DNA from: Rhodobacter sp.
GTDB lineage: Bacteria > Pseudomonadota > Alphaproteobacteria > Rhodobacterales > Rhodobacteraceae
Length of the DNA stretch: 64,000 bases
Assembly: GCA_048262455.1 (NCBI GenBank)
Contig: JBLXFD010000018.1
Span: 7,030 to 71,029 of the forward strand
Direction of reading: 5' to 3'
Positions 54,506-64,000 of the stretch are shown in pieces. The position numbers and the translations under genes are program-made. How positions within the stretch are numbered: the stretch's first letter is position 1; each line of letters begins with the position of its first letter. Under the pieces are notes generated by a model that saw nothing but the letters and a program-made list of their open reading frames with translations, made no database searches and was not told where the DNA came from.

Positions 54506-55183
54506 ATGAGCGCTTCCGGAGAGGGCGACCTGCACCGCTACTTCCTCGCCAATGGCGGGGAAGTCCTGCACAAGTGGTTCCACTACTTCGACATCTACGA
54601 ACGCCACTTCGCCCGCTTCCGCCCCCGCCCCGTGCGGATGCTGGAGATCGGGGTGTACAAGGGCGGCTCGCTGCGGATGTGGCAGGACTACTTCCACGGT
54701 GACAGCACCATCGTCGGCATCGACATCCGCAAGGAATGCAAGGCCCTGGAAGGCGGCAACATCCGCGTCCGCATCGGCAGCCAGGACGACCCGGCGTTCC
54801 TGAAACGGCTGGTGAAGGAGTTCGGGCCCTTCGACATCGTGCTGGATGACGGCAGCCACCAGAACGCCCACGTGATCCGCAGCTTCGAGACGCTCTACCC
54901 GCTGCTTTCGCCCACCGGCCTCTACATGGTCGAGGACTGCCACACCTCCTACTTGCCGGCCTTCGGCGGCGGTGTGGGGCAGGAAGGGTCGATGGTGGAG
55001 TTCTTCAAGACCAAGATCGACGAGCTGAACGGCCAGTTCCAGAAACCGCCGGCCGTCACCGACTTCACCCGCGCCACCGCCTCCATCACCTTCTACGACA
55101 GCGTCATCGCGGTGGAGAAACGGCCCCAGGGCCGGCGCCACAGCTTGAAGACCCACGGCATGGGGATCGACCCGGACGCGTGA
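54506..55183 (+). CDS. Class I SAM-dependent methyltransferase (CmcI/TylF-like)
   Basis: Motifs MLEIGVYKGGSL and VLDDGSH. The track ORF start is a TTG inside the helicase gene; ATG 54506 is preferred. Confidence 0.7.
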   Translation: MSASGEGDLHRYFLANGGEVLHKWFHYFDIYERHFARFRPRPVRMLEIGVYKGGSLRMWQDYFHGDSTIVGIDIRKECKALEGGNIRVRIGSQDDPAFLKRLVKEFGPFDIVLDDGSHQNAHVIRSFETLYPLLSPTGLYMVEDCHTSYLPAFGGGVGQEGSMVEFFKTKIDELNGQFQKPPAVTDFTRATASITFYDSVIAVEKRPQGRRHSLKTHGMGIDPDA

Positions 55184-55202
55184 CCGCCTGCCCTCGCCCA
55201 TG

Positions 55203-55237
55203 AAAAAGGCCCGCCCGCGCAAGCGGACGGGCCTTTC
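55203..55237. terminator. Bidirectional hairpin terminator between the methyltransferase and osmC genes
   Basis: AAAAA-GGCCCGCCCGC-gcaa-GCGGACGGGCC-TTT, with an imperfect stem. Confidence 0.55.
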
Positions 55238-55258
55238 CCTATCGCGGCGCCGGCCGGC

Positions 55259-55678
55259 CTACGCCAGCTTGGCGTCCATCGTGATCTCGGCGTTGAAAAG
55301 CTTGGACACCGGGCAGCCTTCCTTGGCCTTGCCCGCGGCTTCCTTGAACTTCTCCTCCGACGCGCCGGGGATGCGGGCCTTGAGGTCAAGGTGCACCTTG
55401 GTGATCTTCAGCTCGCCCGGGTCCAGCGTCACCGTGGCGGTGGTCTCGATCGACTCGGCGGTCATGTCGTAGTCGCCGAGGATGTTCGACAGCGCCATCG
55501 AGAAACAGGCGGCGTGGGCCGCGCCCAGCAGCTCCTCGGGGTTGGAGCCCTTCACACCCTCGAAGCGGGTCTTGAAGCCATAGGGCTGCTCGTTCAGCGC
55601 GCCGGTCTCGGTCGAGATGGTGCCCTTGCCGTCCTTCAGTCCGCCCGACCACTTGGCCGAGCCTTTTTTCGTGATCAT
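55259..55678 (-). CDS. osmC: OsmC-family peroxiredoxin
   Basis: Motifs KWSGGLKDGKG, NPEELLGAAHAACFSMAL and GCPVSK. Confidence 0.9.
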   Translation of the reverse strand: MITKKGSAKWSGGLKDGKGTISTETGALNEQPYGFKTRFEGVKGSNPEELLGAAHAACFSMALSNILGDYDMTAESIETTATVTLDPGELKITKVHLDLKARIPGASEEKFKEAAGKAKEGCPVSKLFNAEITMDAKLA

Positions 55679-55757
55679 CCCAGTCTCCTTTATGCGGGGG
55701 AATCCAAGATCTAGGCGCGGCGCGCGGGTTTTCACCCCCGGCCCGCGCCATTTCCCC

Positions 55758-57422
55758 TTAGGTCAGGCGGCTGATGACCACGGTGACCTCGGGCTTCTTG
55801 CCGATCTCGTCCATCGCCGCGCGGCGCACGATGCGGCGCAGGGCCTCGTCCAGCTTCTCGTCGTTCTTCAGCGTCTTGCGGTCGGCGCGGTTCATGAACT
55901 GGCTCAACTCTTCTTCCAGCACGTCCACCAGCGGCGTATTGGAGCTGCCGGTCTCGGCCAGCCCCTCCAGCTCGCACCAGGGATCGCCCAGCGGCGCGTC
56001 GTCCTCCAGGATCACCGTCACCGTCACCTGCCCGTTCAGCGCCAGGCGAATGCGGTCGCGGATCACGCCGTCGAAGGCCCCCACCAGCACCTTGCCGTCG
56101 AGATAGGTGCGCCCGGTCTCGACATGGCCGATGATCCGCGGCTTCTTGCCCGTCAGGTCCACCATGGCCCCGTTGGGCGCGATGACACCGTCCAGCCCGG
56201 CCTCCTTGCCCAGTTCCACGTGGGCGCGCAGGTGGCGGTGTTCGCCGTGCATGGGCACCAGCATCTTCGGCGCGACCAGGCGGTGCACCTCGGCCAGGTC
56301 CGGCCGGTTGGCGTGGCCGGAAACGTGGTAGCGGCCGCCGTCGTCGTCCACCACCTGCACCCCCATCTCCGAGAAGGCGTTGACGATGCGGCCGACGCCG
56401 CGCTCGTTGCCCGGGATGGTCTTGGAGGAGAACAGGAAGGTGTCGCCCTCCTTCAGCTCCAGCCCCAGGTAGCGCCCGCGCGCCAGCTGCGCGGTAGCCG
56501 CGCGCCGCTCGCCCTGGCTGCCGGAGGTCAGCAGCATCAGGTTCTCGCGCGGGATGTTGCCCGCGTCCTCGGGGCTGACCACGGGGGGGAAGCTTTTCAG
56601 CACCCCGGTCTCCAGCCCCGCCGTCACCATACGGCGCATGGCCCGGCCCAGCAGCACGATCGACCGCCCTGCCCGCTCGCCCGCCTCGGCCAGCGTCTTC
56701 AGCCGCGCGATGTTGCTGGCGAAGGTGGTGGCGGCGAAAAGGCCCGGCGACTTGGCGATCAGCGCCTCGATGTCGCCGCCGATCTCGGATTCGGACCGCC
56801 CGGCGTGGGGCGAGAAGACGTTGGTGCTGTCGCAGACCAGCGCCTGCACGCCGGTCCCCGCGATCTCGCCCCACATCTTCGGATCCCAGGCCTCGCCCAC
56901 CCCGGGATTGCGGTCCAGCTTGAAGTCGCCGGTGTGCACCACGCGGCCGTGGGGCGTGTCGATTACCATGCCGGAGCTTTCGGGGATCGAGTGCGAGATC
57001 GGCGCGAAGCCCACCTTGAACGGCCCCGCCTGCGTGGTCTCGGGCCAGGGGCCCACGGTCTTGACGATATCGGTGTCCAGCCCCGCCTCTTCCAGCTTCA
57101 GCCGCGCCAGGTGGGCGGTGAAGTTGCGCGCGTAGACCGGGGCCTTCAGCTGCGGCCAGAGCCGCGCCAGCGCGCCGATGTGGTCCTCGTGCGCGTGGGT
57201 GATGAAGATCGCCTCCAGCCGGTCGGCGCGGGCGCGCAGCCAGTCCATGTCGGGCAGGATCAGGTCGACGCCGGGGGTGGTGTCCATGTCCGGGAAGGTG
57301 ACGCCGAGGTCGACGAGGATCAGGCGCTCGTTCTCCTCGGTGCCGACGCCGTAGACGTAGGCGTTCATGCCGATCTCGCCGGCGCCTCCGAGGGGAAGGT
57401 AGATCAGGCGGCTTTCGCTCAT
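55758..57422 (-). CDS. rnj: Ribonuclease J (metallo-beta-lactamase/beta-CASP)
   Basis: MSESRLIYLPLGGAGEIGMN .. ITHAHEDHIGAL. The internal ATG 57422 overlaps the coaX stop (ATGA). The track ORF's 256-aa Arg/His-rich N-extension overlaps coaX in another frame. Confidence 0.9.
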   Translation of the reverse strand: MSESRLIYLPLGGAGEIGMNAYVYGVGTEENERLILVDLGVTFPDMDTTPGVDLILPDMDWLRARADRLEAIFITHAHEDHIGALARLWPQLKAPVYARNFTAHLARLKLEEAGLDTDIVKTVGPWPETTQAGPFKVGFAPISHSIPESSGMVIDTPHGRVVHTGDFKLDRNPGVGEAWDPKMWGEIAGTGVQALVCDSTNVFSPHAGRSESEIGGDIEALIAKSPGLFAATTFASNIARLKTLAEAGERAGRSIVLLGRAMRRMVTAGLETGVLKSFPPVVSPEDAGNIPRENLMLLTSGSQGERRAATAQLARGRYLGLELKEGDTFLFSSKTIPGNERGVGRIVNAFSEMGVQVVDDDGGRYHVSGHANRPDLAEVHRLVAPKMLVPMHGEHRHLRAHVELGKEAGLDGVIAPNGAMVDLTGKKPRIIGHVETGRTYLDGKVLVGAFDGVIRDRIRLALNGQVTVTVILEDDAPLGDPWCELEGLAETGSSNTPLVDVLEEELSQFMNRADRKTLKNDEKLDEALRRIVRRAAMDEIGKKPEVTVVISRLT

Positions 57423-58198
57423 GCGGGCTCCTGCCTCTTGTTGTAGCTGTGAATCACGGTCAGGCCGTGCATGGTCAGGTCGTCCTCGACCCGGTCGAAC
57501 AGCACTTCGCCCTGCGCGAACAAAGGCGCAAGCCCCCCGGTGCCGATTATCCGCATCGGGGCGTCGTATTCGCCCTTGATACGCGAGGTAACCTCCTGGA
57601 CCAGCCCCACGTAGCCCCAGAACACCCCGGCCTGCATGCAGGCGACGGTATTGGTGCCGATGACCTTCTGCGGCCGGGTGATGTCCACGTGCGGCAGCGC
57701 GGCGGCGGCCATGTGCAACGCCTCGAGGCTGAGGTTGACGCCGGGGGCAATGACGCCGCCGACATAGGCGCCGTCGTGGGCCACCACGTCGAAGGTGGTG
57801 GCGGTGCCGAAGTCCACCACGATGATGTCGCCGCCGTGCCGGTCGAAGGCGCCGGCGGTGTTCACCAGCCGGTCGGGGCCCACCTGGGTGCCGGCGTCGA
57901 CCCGGGGGGGCACCGGCAGCAGGCAGTCGGGCTTGCCCACCACGTAGGGGCGGGTACCGAAGTAGCGGTCGCACAGGACGCGCAGGTTGAACACCACGCG
58001 CGGCACGGTTGAGGAAATGATGACCGCGTCGATGCGCGCCGCGATGCCCCGGTGCTCCATCAGCTGCGAAAACCAGACGTAGTACTGGTCGGCGGTGCGC
58101 TGGTGTTCGGTGGCGGTGCGGAAGGTGGCGACGAAATCGTGCCCGTCCCAGACCGCGAAGACGGTGTTGGTATTGCCGCAGTCGATGCACAGAAGCAT
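57419..58198 (-). CDS. coaX: Type III pantothenate kinase
   Basis: MLLCIDCGNTNT .. GTATTFD .. the CoaX (Baf) pattern. Internal ATG 58198. Confidence 0.9.
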   Translation of the reverse strand: MLLCIDCGNTNTVFAVWDGHDFVATFRTATEHQRTADQYYVWFSQLMEHRGIAARIDAVIISSTVPRVVFNLRVLCDRYFGTRPYVVGKPDCLLPVPPRVDAGTQVGPDRLVNTAGAFDRHGGDIIVVDFGTATTFDVVAHDGAYVGGVIAPGVNLSLEALHMAAAALPHVDITRPQKVIGTNTVACMQAGVFWGYVGLVQEVTSRIKGEYDAPMRIIGTGGLAPLFAQGEVLFDRVEDDLTMHGLTVIHSYNKRQEPA

Positions 58199-58212
58199 GG
58201 GACCCTCCGGGT

Positions 58213-58974
58213 TCAGAAGAAGACGTCGCCGGCGGCGATGGCGCGGCGGCCTCGGGGCGTATCCAGCACCAGGCGGCCGGTCTCGTCCAGTGTCTCGAAC
58301 CGGCCCTCCAGCGTCTCCTGCGGCAGGCGCACGGTCACCGTCTCGCCCAGCCGCGCCGCCCGGGTCAGCCATGCATGGCGCAGGGGGGCGAAGCCATAGT
58401 CCGCCAGGCGCTGCTCCCAGCCGGCGAAGGCACAGGCCAGCGCCGCGAGAAAGCCCGCAGGGCTGACGAGCGCCCCGGTCTCCTGCGCCAGCGACACCGG
58501 GCGCAGCGCCCCCGGCTCGACCTCGCCCGCCTCGGGCGCCTGCGCCAGGTTCACCCCGACCCCCACCGCCAGCGCCCCGCCCGGCAGCCCCTCCAGCAGG
58601 ATGCCCGCCAGTTTGCCGCCGTTCAGCAGCACGTCGTTGGGCCATTTCAGCGCCCAGCCGGCCGCCGGAGCCAGCGGCGACAGCGCGTCGTGCAGCGCCA
58701 GCGCGGCGACGAAGCTGCGCAGCGCCGCGGCCTCGGGCGCGCCGGGGCGCGGGATCACCAGCGTGGCCGCGAAATTTCCCGGGGGATGGCGCCAGGCCCG
58801 CCCGCGCCGGCCGCGCGCGGCGGTCTGGTGGCGGGCGAGGATCCAGGCTGGGCCGCCCAGCTCGGGCAGCCGCCGGCGGGCCTCGTCCAGGGTGCTGTCG
58901 GTCTCGTCCAGCACGATGCGGGCGTAGCCCTCCGGCCAGGCCCCTGCCCCGCCGGTCGCGGGATCAGTTGACAA
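58213..58974 (-). CDS. birA: Biotin--[acetyl-CoA-carboxylase] ligase
   Basis: Motifs [19 protein letters not shown] and KWPNDVL. The start overlaps the nuoN stop by 11 nt. Confidence 0.85.
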   Translation of the reverse strand: MSTDPATGGAGAWPEGYARIVLDETDSTLDEARRRLPELGGPAWILARHQTAARGRRGRAWRHPPGNFAATLVIPRPGAPEAAALRSFVAALALHDALSPLAPAAGWALKWPNDVLLNGGKLAGILLEGLPGGALAVGVGVNLAQAPEAGEVEPGALRPVSLAQETGALVSPAGFLAALACAFAGWEQRLADYGFAPLRHAWLTRAARLGETVTVRLPQETLEGRFETLDETGRLVLDTPRGRRAIAAGDVFF

Positions 58975-60403
58975 GAGACGCCGCCGCCGCCGCCGCCAGC
59001 CCCTCGATGCCGAAGAGGTTGATCACCCCCAGCAGCATCGCCGCCGCCGCGCCCATCAGCATGGCCCATTGCACCGGCGCCATTGTGCCATCCAGCGCCT
59101 CGCGCTCTTCGCCGAAGTACATGTAATAGACGATGCGCAGGTAGTAGAAGGCGCCGATCACGCTGGCCACCGCGCCGGCCACGGCCAGCCAGGCCATGTC
59201 GGCCTCGACCGCCGCGCGCAGCACGTAGAACTTGCCGAAAAAGCCCACCAGCGGCGGCACGCCCGCCAGGCTGAACATCAGCACCAGCATCGCCAGCGCC
59301 TTCAGCGGCTCGCGGCTGGCGTAGTTGTTCAGGGCGCCGATGTCGGTGACCACCCGGCCGTCGCGGCTCATGGACAGGATGAAAGCGAAGGTGCCGACGT
59401 TCATGGTGACGTAGATCGCCATGTAGACCAGCATCGACTGCACCCCGAAGGCGGTGCCCGCGGCCAGGCCGATCAGGGCAAAGCCCATGTGGGTGATCGA
59501 GGAATAGGCCATCAGCCGCTTGATGTCGCGCTGGCCGATCGCGGCGACCGCGCCGAGGAACATCGAGGCGACGGCCAGCAGCGCGACCACCTGGCTCCAG
59601 TCGCCGGTGACGGTGCCGAAAGCATCGTGCACCAGCCGCGCGAACAGGGCCATGGCGGCCATCTTGGGCGCGGTGGCGAAGAAGGCGGTGATGGGGGTGG
59701 GGGCGCCCTCGTAGACGTCCGGGGTCCACATGTGGAAGGGCACGGCGGAGATCTTGAAGGCCAGCCCCGACAGCAGGAACACCAGCCCGAACAGCAGCCC
59801 CAGCGGCAGGTCCGGCGCGCTGGCGGCGGCGAGGATGCCGGCGAACTGGGTGGTGCCGGCGTAGCCGTAGGTCAGCGAGGCGCCGTACAGCAGCAGGCCC
59901 GACGACAGCGCCCCCAGCACGAAGTACTTCAGCCCCGCCTCCGTGGACTTGGCACTGTCGCGGCGCAGCGAGGCGATCACGTAAAGTGCCAGCGACTGCA
60001 GCTCCAGCCCCATGTACAGCACCATCAGGTCGCCGGCCGAGACCATGACCATCATGCCCACCGCCGCCAGCGCCACGAGGATCGGGTACTCGAACCGCAG
60101 CAGGTCGCGGCGCAGCATGTATTCCTGGCTCATCACCAGCACCGCGGCGGCCGAGACCAGGATCACGATCTTGGCGTAGCGCGCGAAGGCGTCGTCGCGG
60201 AAGGTGCCGCGGAAGGCGTTGCCGGCGCCCTCGCCGCTCAGCCCGATCCAGGCGGCCAGCACCAGGAAGACCGCGGCGGTGGCCCAGAGCAGCATCGGCG
60301 CGGTGCGGTCCTTGCCGGTGTAGACGCCGAACATCAGCGCCGCCATCGCGTAGAGCGACAGCAGGATCTCGGGCAGCAGCGTGTTGAGGTCGGCGGAGGT
60401 CAT
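58964..60403 (-). CDS. nuoN: NADH-quinone oxidoreductase subunit N
   Basis: Polytopic antiporter-like subunit in the canonical position after nuoM. Confidence 0.95.
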   Translation of the reverse strand: MTSADLNTLLPEILLSLYAMAALMFGVYTGKDRTAPMLLWATAAVFLVLAAWIGLSGEGAGNAFRGTFRDDAFARYAKIVILVSAAAVLVMSQEYMLRRDLLRFEYPILVALAAVGMMVMVSAGDLMVLYMGLELQSLALYVIASLRRDSAKSTEAGLKYFVLGALSSGLLLYGASLTYGYAGTTQFAGILAAASAPDLPLGLLFGLVFLLSGLAFKISAVPFHMWTPDVYEGAPTPITAFFATAPKMAAMALFARLVHDAFGTVTGDWSQVVALLAVASMFLGAVAAIGQRDIKRLMAYSSITHMGFALIGLAAGTAFGVQSMLVYMAIYVTMNVGTFAFILSMSRDGRVVTDIGALNNYASREPLKALAMLVLMFSLAGVPPLVGFFGKFYVLRAAVEADMAWLAVAGAVASVIGAFYYLRIVYYMYFGEEREALDGTMAPVQWAMLMGAAAAMLLGVINLFGIEGLAAAAAASLVN

Positions 60404-60404
60404 G

Positions 60405-61958
60405 TCAGTGCCCCGTGGTTTCGGCGACGCGGCTGGCCGCCCCGTCCCAGCTGAGGACGGCGGTTTCGTGGTCGCGGATCAGCGCCTCGACCGAGGGGCC
60501 GATGACGTCGAGAACGAGGCTCGGGTAGACCCCCAGCAGCAGCGTCATCGCCACCAGCGGCGCAAAGAGATACTTCTCGCGGCGGTCCATGTCGGTGATG
60601 GTGCGCAGGCTTTCCTTGATCAGGTCGCCCATCACCACCCGGCGGTAGAGCCACAGCGCGTAGCCCGCCGACAGGATCACCCCGGTGGTGGCCACCGCCG
60701 CCACCCAGGTATTGGCCTGGAACATGCCCATCAGGGTCAGGAACTCGCCCACGAAGCCGGAAGTGCCCGGCAGACCGACGTTGGCCATGGTGAACAGCAT
60801 GAAGATCAGCGCGTAGGCCGGCATCCGGTTCACCAGCCCGCCGTAGGCCTCGATCTCGCGGGTGTGCATCCGGTCGTAGATCACCCCGACGCAGAGGAAC
60901 AGCGCCCCCGAGATGAAGCCGTGGCTGATCATCTGGAAGATCGCGCCGTCGATGCCCTGCTGGTTCGCCGCGAAGATCCCGGCGGTGACGTAGCCCATGT
61001 GGGCGACCGAGGAATAGGCGATCAGTTTCTTCATGTCCGACTGTGCCAGCGCCACCAGCGAGGTATAGACGATGGCGATCGCGCTGAGCCACAGCACCAG
61101 CGGCGCCAGGATCTCCGAGGCGACGGGGAACATCGGCAGGCTGAAGCGCAGGAAGCCGTAGCCGCCCATCTTCAGCAGGATCGCTGCCAGCACCACCGAG
61201 CCCGCCGTGGGCGCCTGCACGTGCGCGTCGGGCAGCCAGGTGTGCACCGGCCACATCGGCATCTTAACCGCGAAGGAGGCGAAGAAGGCCAGCCAGAGCA
61301 TGGTCTGCAGCCCGCCCACCACCTGCACGCCCAGCAGGCTGAAGCTTTCCGTCCCGAACTCGTGCCGCAGCAGCGCCTCGATGTCGGTGGTGCCCGCGTC
61401 GTAGAACATCGCCACGATCGCCACCAGCATCAGCACAGAGCCGAGGAAGGTATAGAGGAAGAACTTGAAGCTCGCGTAGATCCGTTCCTTGCCGCCCCAG
61501 ATGCCGATGATCAGGAACATCGGGATCAGCCCGCCCTCGAAGAACAGGTAGAACAGCACCAGGTCCAGCGCCACGAAGACGCCCAGCATCAGCGCCTCCA
61601 GCACCAGGAAGGCGATCATGTATTCCTTCACCCGGTGGGTGACGTTCCAGCAGGACAGGATCACCAGCGGCATCAGGAAGGTGGTCAGCATCACGAACAG
61701 CACCGAGATGCCGTCGACCCCGACCTTGTAGGTCAGCCCCGCCAGCCACTCGTACTGCTCGACGAACTGGAACCCGGGGTTGGCCGGGTCGAACTGCGCG
61801 ATCAGGAAGATCGAGATCACGAAGGTGATCGAGGTGGCGATCAGCGCCAGCCACTTGGCGTTGCGCTGCGCCGCGGCGTCGTCGCCGCGCAGGAACAGCG
61901 CCAGGATCGCCGCGCCCAGCAGCGGGATGAAGGTGATCATCGACAGGATGTTTTCCAT
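60405..61958 (-). CDS. nuoM: NADH-quinone oxidoreductase subunit M
   Basis: [16 protein letters not shown].. from internal ATG 61958. Antiporter-like subunit motifs (WLPDAH). Confidence 0.95.
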   Translation of the reverse strand: MENILSMITFIPLLGAAILALFLRGDDAAAQRNAKWLALIATSITFVISIFLIAQFDPANPGFQFVEQYEWLAGLTYKVGVDGISVLFVMLTTFLMPLVILSCWNVTHRVKEYMIAFLVLEALMLGVFVALDLVLFYLFFEGGLIPMFLIIGIWGGKERIYASFKFFLYTFLGSVLMLVAIVAMFYDAGTTDIEALLRHEFGTESFSLLGVQVVGGLQTMLWLAFFASFAVKMPMWPVHTWLPDAHVQAPTAGSVVLAAILLKMGGYGFLRFSLPMFPVASEILAPLVLWLSAIAIVYTSLVALAQSDMKKLIAYSSVAHMGYVTAGIFAANQQGIDGAIFQMISHGFISGALFLCVGVIYDRMHTREIEAYGGLVNRMPAYALIFMLFTMANVGLPGTSGFVGEFLTLMGMFQANTWVAAVATTGVILSAGYALWLYRRVVMGDLIKESLRTITDMDRREKYLFAPLVAMTLLLGVYPSLVLDVIGPSVEALIRDHETAVLSWDGAASRVAETTGH

Positions 61959-61972
61959 CGTCGCGGTCCCGT

Positions 61973-64000
61973 TCAACGAAGTGCCATCCAGGTGATCAGG
62001 ATCACGATCCCGAGCACCATGGTGAAGGCATAGGTGAAGATGTAGCCGGACTGCGCCCGGCCCGCGAGACGGGTGAAGAACGGCACGATCCCCATGGCCA
62101 CGCCGTTCAGCGCGCCGTCGATGGTGCCCTGGTCCCCGCGCCGCCACAGCGTCCGGCCCAGCCACAGGGCGGGGCGCACGATGGCGAAGTGGTAGATCTC
62201 GTCGAAGTACCATTTGTTCAGCAGGAACAGGTACAGCGGCCGCTGGTTCGCCGCCAGACGCCCCGGCAGCGAGGGCCGGCGGATGTAGAAGACCCAGGCG
62301 GTGACGAAGCCGATCAGCATCGCGACGAAGGGCGCGACCTTGACCCAGACCGGGGCGTGGTGGGCCTCGTCCATGACGTGGTTGTCCGGGTGGGTGTAGA
62401 CCGCGCCGTCCCCGGGCATCCAGCCGGCGGCGGTGGCGGCGGCCTCGCGCGCCGTTTCCGGCCCGTGGGCGTCGGTGTCGGGAGCGTGGCCCTCGGCGGT
62501 CTCCTCGGTCACCGCCTCGGCGGCGGTCTCGGTATCGCCCTCGGCCAGGGCCTCGACGGCGGCGGCCGGACCCTCGGCGTGGTCCGCTGCGCCCTCGGCG
62601 CCGGCCTCGGCATGGGAGGACACGCCGTAGAAGCGGTTCACCTGCTCATGGGTGCCGAAGAAGCTGCCGAACCAGACCATCCCGGCAAAGATCGCCCCCA
62701 GCGCCAGCACGCCCAGCGGGATCAGCATGGTCATCGGGCTTTCGTGGGCATGCTCGTGGGTGTGCTTGTCGCCCCGCGCGCTGCCGAAGAAGGTCAGGAA
62801 CATCAGCCGCCAGGAATAGAAGCTGGTGAACATCGCCGCGATCACCAGGGTCCAGAAGGCGAAGAGGCCGACGCCGCTGTGGGCGCCCCAGGCGCTTTCG
62901 ATGATGGCGTCCTTGGACAGGAAGCCGGCAAAGCCGATGTGGGTCAGCGGGATGCCGACGCCGGTGATCGCCAGCGTGCCGATCATCATCGCCCAGAAGG
63001 TATAGGGAATGCGCTGGCGCAGCCCGCCGTAGTTCCGCATGTCCTGCTCGTGGTGCATCGCGTGGATCACGCTGCCGGCCCCGAGGAACAGCATCGCCTT
63101 GAAGAAGGCGTGTGTGAACAGGTGGAACATCGCGGCGGAGTAGACGCCGACGCCGGCGGCCACGAACATGTAGCCCAGCTGCGACATGGTCGAATAGGCG
63201 ATCACGCGTTTGATGTCGTTCTGCACCAGCCCGATGGTCGCGGCGACAAAGGCGGTGGCGGCGCCAAGCAGTACGATGAAGCCCGCCGCTTCCGGCGCGA
63301 ACTCGTAGAGCGGCGACATGCGGCAGACCAGGAACACCCCGGCGGTCACCATGGTCGCGGCGTGGATCAGCGCCGACACCGGGGTCGGGCCCTCCATCGC
63401 GTCGGGCAGCCAGGTGTGCAGGAACAGCTGCGCCGACTTGCCCATGGCCCCGATGAACAGCAGCACCGCGATCAGGTTGGCCGCGTTCCACTGCTGCCAG
63501 AGGAAGGACACCTGGGTCTCCGCCAGTTCCGGCGCGCTTTCGAACACGATGTCCATCGAGATGGAATCGGTCAGGTAGAACAGCGCGAAGATCCCCAGCG
63601 CGAAGCCGAAGTCGCCCACCCGGTTGACGATGAAGGCTTTCATCGCCGCCGCGTTGGCCGAGGGCTTGCGGTAGTAGAAGCCGATCAGCAGGTACGAGGC
63701 GACGCCCACGCCCTCCCAGCCGAAGAACATCTGCACGAGGTTGTTCGAGGTCACCAGCGCCAGCATCGCGAAGGTGAAGAACGACAGGTAGGCGAAGAAG
63801 CGGGCGCGGTAGTGCTCGCCCTCGCGGAAGTTGTCGTCGTGGGCCATGTAGCCGAAGGAATACAGGTGCACGAGCGCCGATACCGTGGTGACGACGATCA
63901 GCATGATCGCGGTCAGCCGGTCCAGCCGGATCGACCAGTCGGTGCTGAGGCTGCCGCTTTCGATGAAGCGCAGGATCTGGATGTGCCGGGTCTCGCCGTC
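61973..64000 (-). CDS. nuoL: NADH-quinone oxidoreductase subunit L (5' end beyond window)
   Basis: The frame stays open to the window edge (..[36 protein letters not shown]..). Motif [22 protein letters not shown]. Confidence 0.95.
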   Translation of the reverse strand, partial: DGETRHIQILRFIESGSLSTDWSIRLDRLTAIMLIVVTTVSALVHLYSFGYMAHDDNFREGEHYRARFFAYLSFFTFAMLALVTSNNLVQMFFGWEGVGVASYLLIGFYYRKPSANAAAMKAFIVNRVGDFGFALGIFALFYLTDSISMDIVFESAPELAETQVSFLWQQWNAANLIAVLLFIGAMGKSAQLFLHTWLPDAMEGPTPVSALIHAATMVTAGVFLVCRMSPLYEFAPEAAGFIVLLGAATAFVAATIGLVQNDIKRVIAYSTMSQLGYMFVAAGVGVYSAAMFHLFTHAFFKAMLFLGAGSVIHAMHHEQDMRNYGGLRQRIPYTFWAMMIGTLAITGVGIPLTHIGFAGFLSKDAIIESAWGAHSGVGLFAFWTLVIAAMFTSFYSWRLMFLTFFGSARGDKHTHEHAHESPMTMLIPLGVLALGAIFAGMVWFGSFFGTHEQVNRFYGVSSHAEAGAEGAADHAEGPAAAVEALAEGDTETAAEAVTEETAEGHAPDTDAHGPETAREAAATAAGWMPGDGAVYTHPDNHVMDEAHHAPVWVKVAPFVAMLIGFVTAWVFYIRRPSLPGRLAANQRPLYLFLLNKWYFDEIYHFAIVRPALWLGRTLWRRGDQGTIDGALNGVAMGIVPFFTRLAGRAQSGYIFTYAFTMVLGIVILITWMALR

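Noticed and set aside
57423-58190. 256-codon N-terminal extension of the RNase J ORF (track ORF 55758..58190)
   Set aside because: It is Arg/His-rich junk overlapping coaX in another frame. The RNase J family N-terminus (MSESRLIYLPLGGAGEIGMN) starts at 57422 with ATGA coupling to coaX.

Overview
This is a very GC-rich chromosomal segment (third codon positions are almost all G/C). Gene content and synteny look alphaproteobacterial and Rhodobacterales-like: nuoL-M-N/birA/coaX/rnj, phaZ next to phaC-phaP-phaR, mce-DUF1467, and TRAP transport. I can support about 60 protein-coding genes. I recognised no rRNA or tRNA genes, no CRISPR array, and no transposase, integrase or phage genes. Three parts stand out from the housekeeping background. 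(1) nt 1-7745 is a co-directional signalling supercluster. A KaiC-family ATPase is translationally coupled to a pseudo-receiver/PAS hybrid histidine kinase. A complete stressosome module (RsbR-RsbS-RsbT) follows, and its downstream partners are an RsbT-like::PP2C phosphatase and an RsbT-like::HisKA_2 histidine kinase rather than any sigma/anti-sigma pair. (2) nt 7748-18597 is an aromatic-acid island. It holds a terephthalate-dioxygenase-like operon in A2-A3-B-A1 order plus an extra FAD monooxygenase, an IclR regulator, a TRAP transporter and pobA. The oxygenase promoter and the regulator/transporter promoter region share a palindromic operator candidate. (3) Four intergenic arrays of a modular GTAG-plus-palindrome (REP/BIME-like) repeat family bracket that island and recur elsewhere. 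Many long ORFs in the six-frame track are antisense or alternate-frame artefacts of the GC richness. Several real genes start well inside their track ORF; I give the internal start wherever an ATG with a Shine-Dalgarno-like motif or a start/stop overlap supports it.
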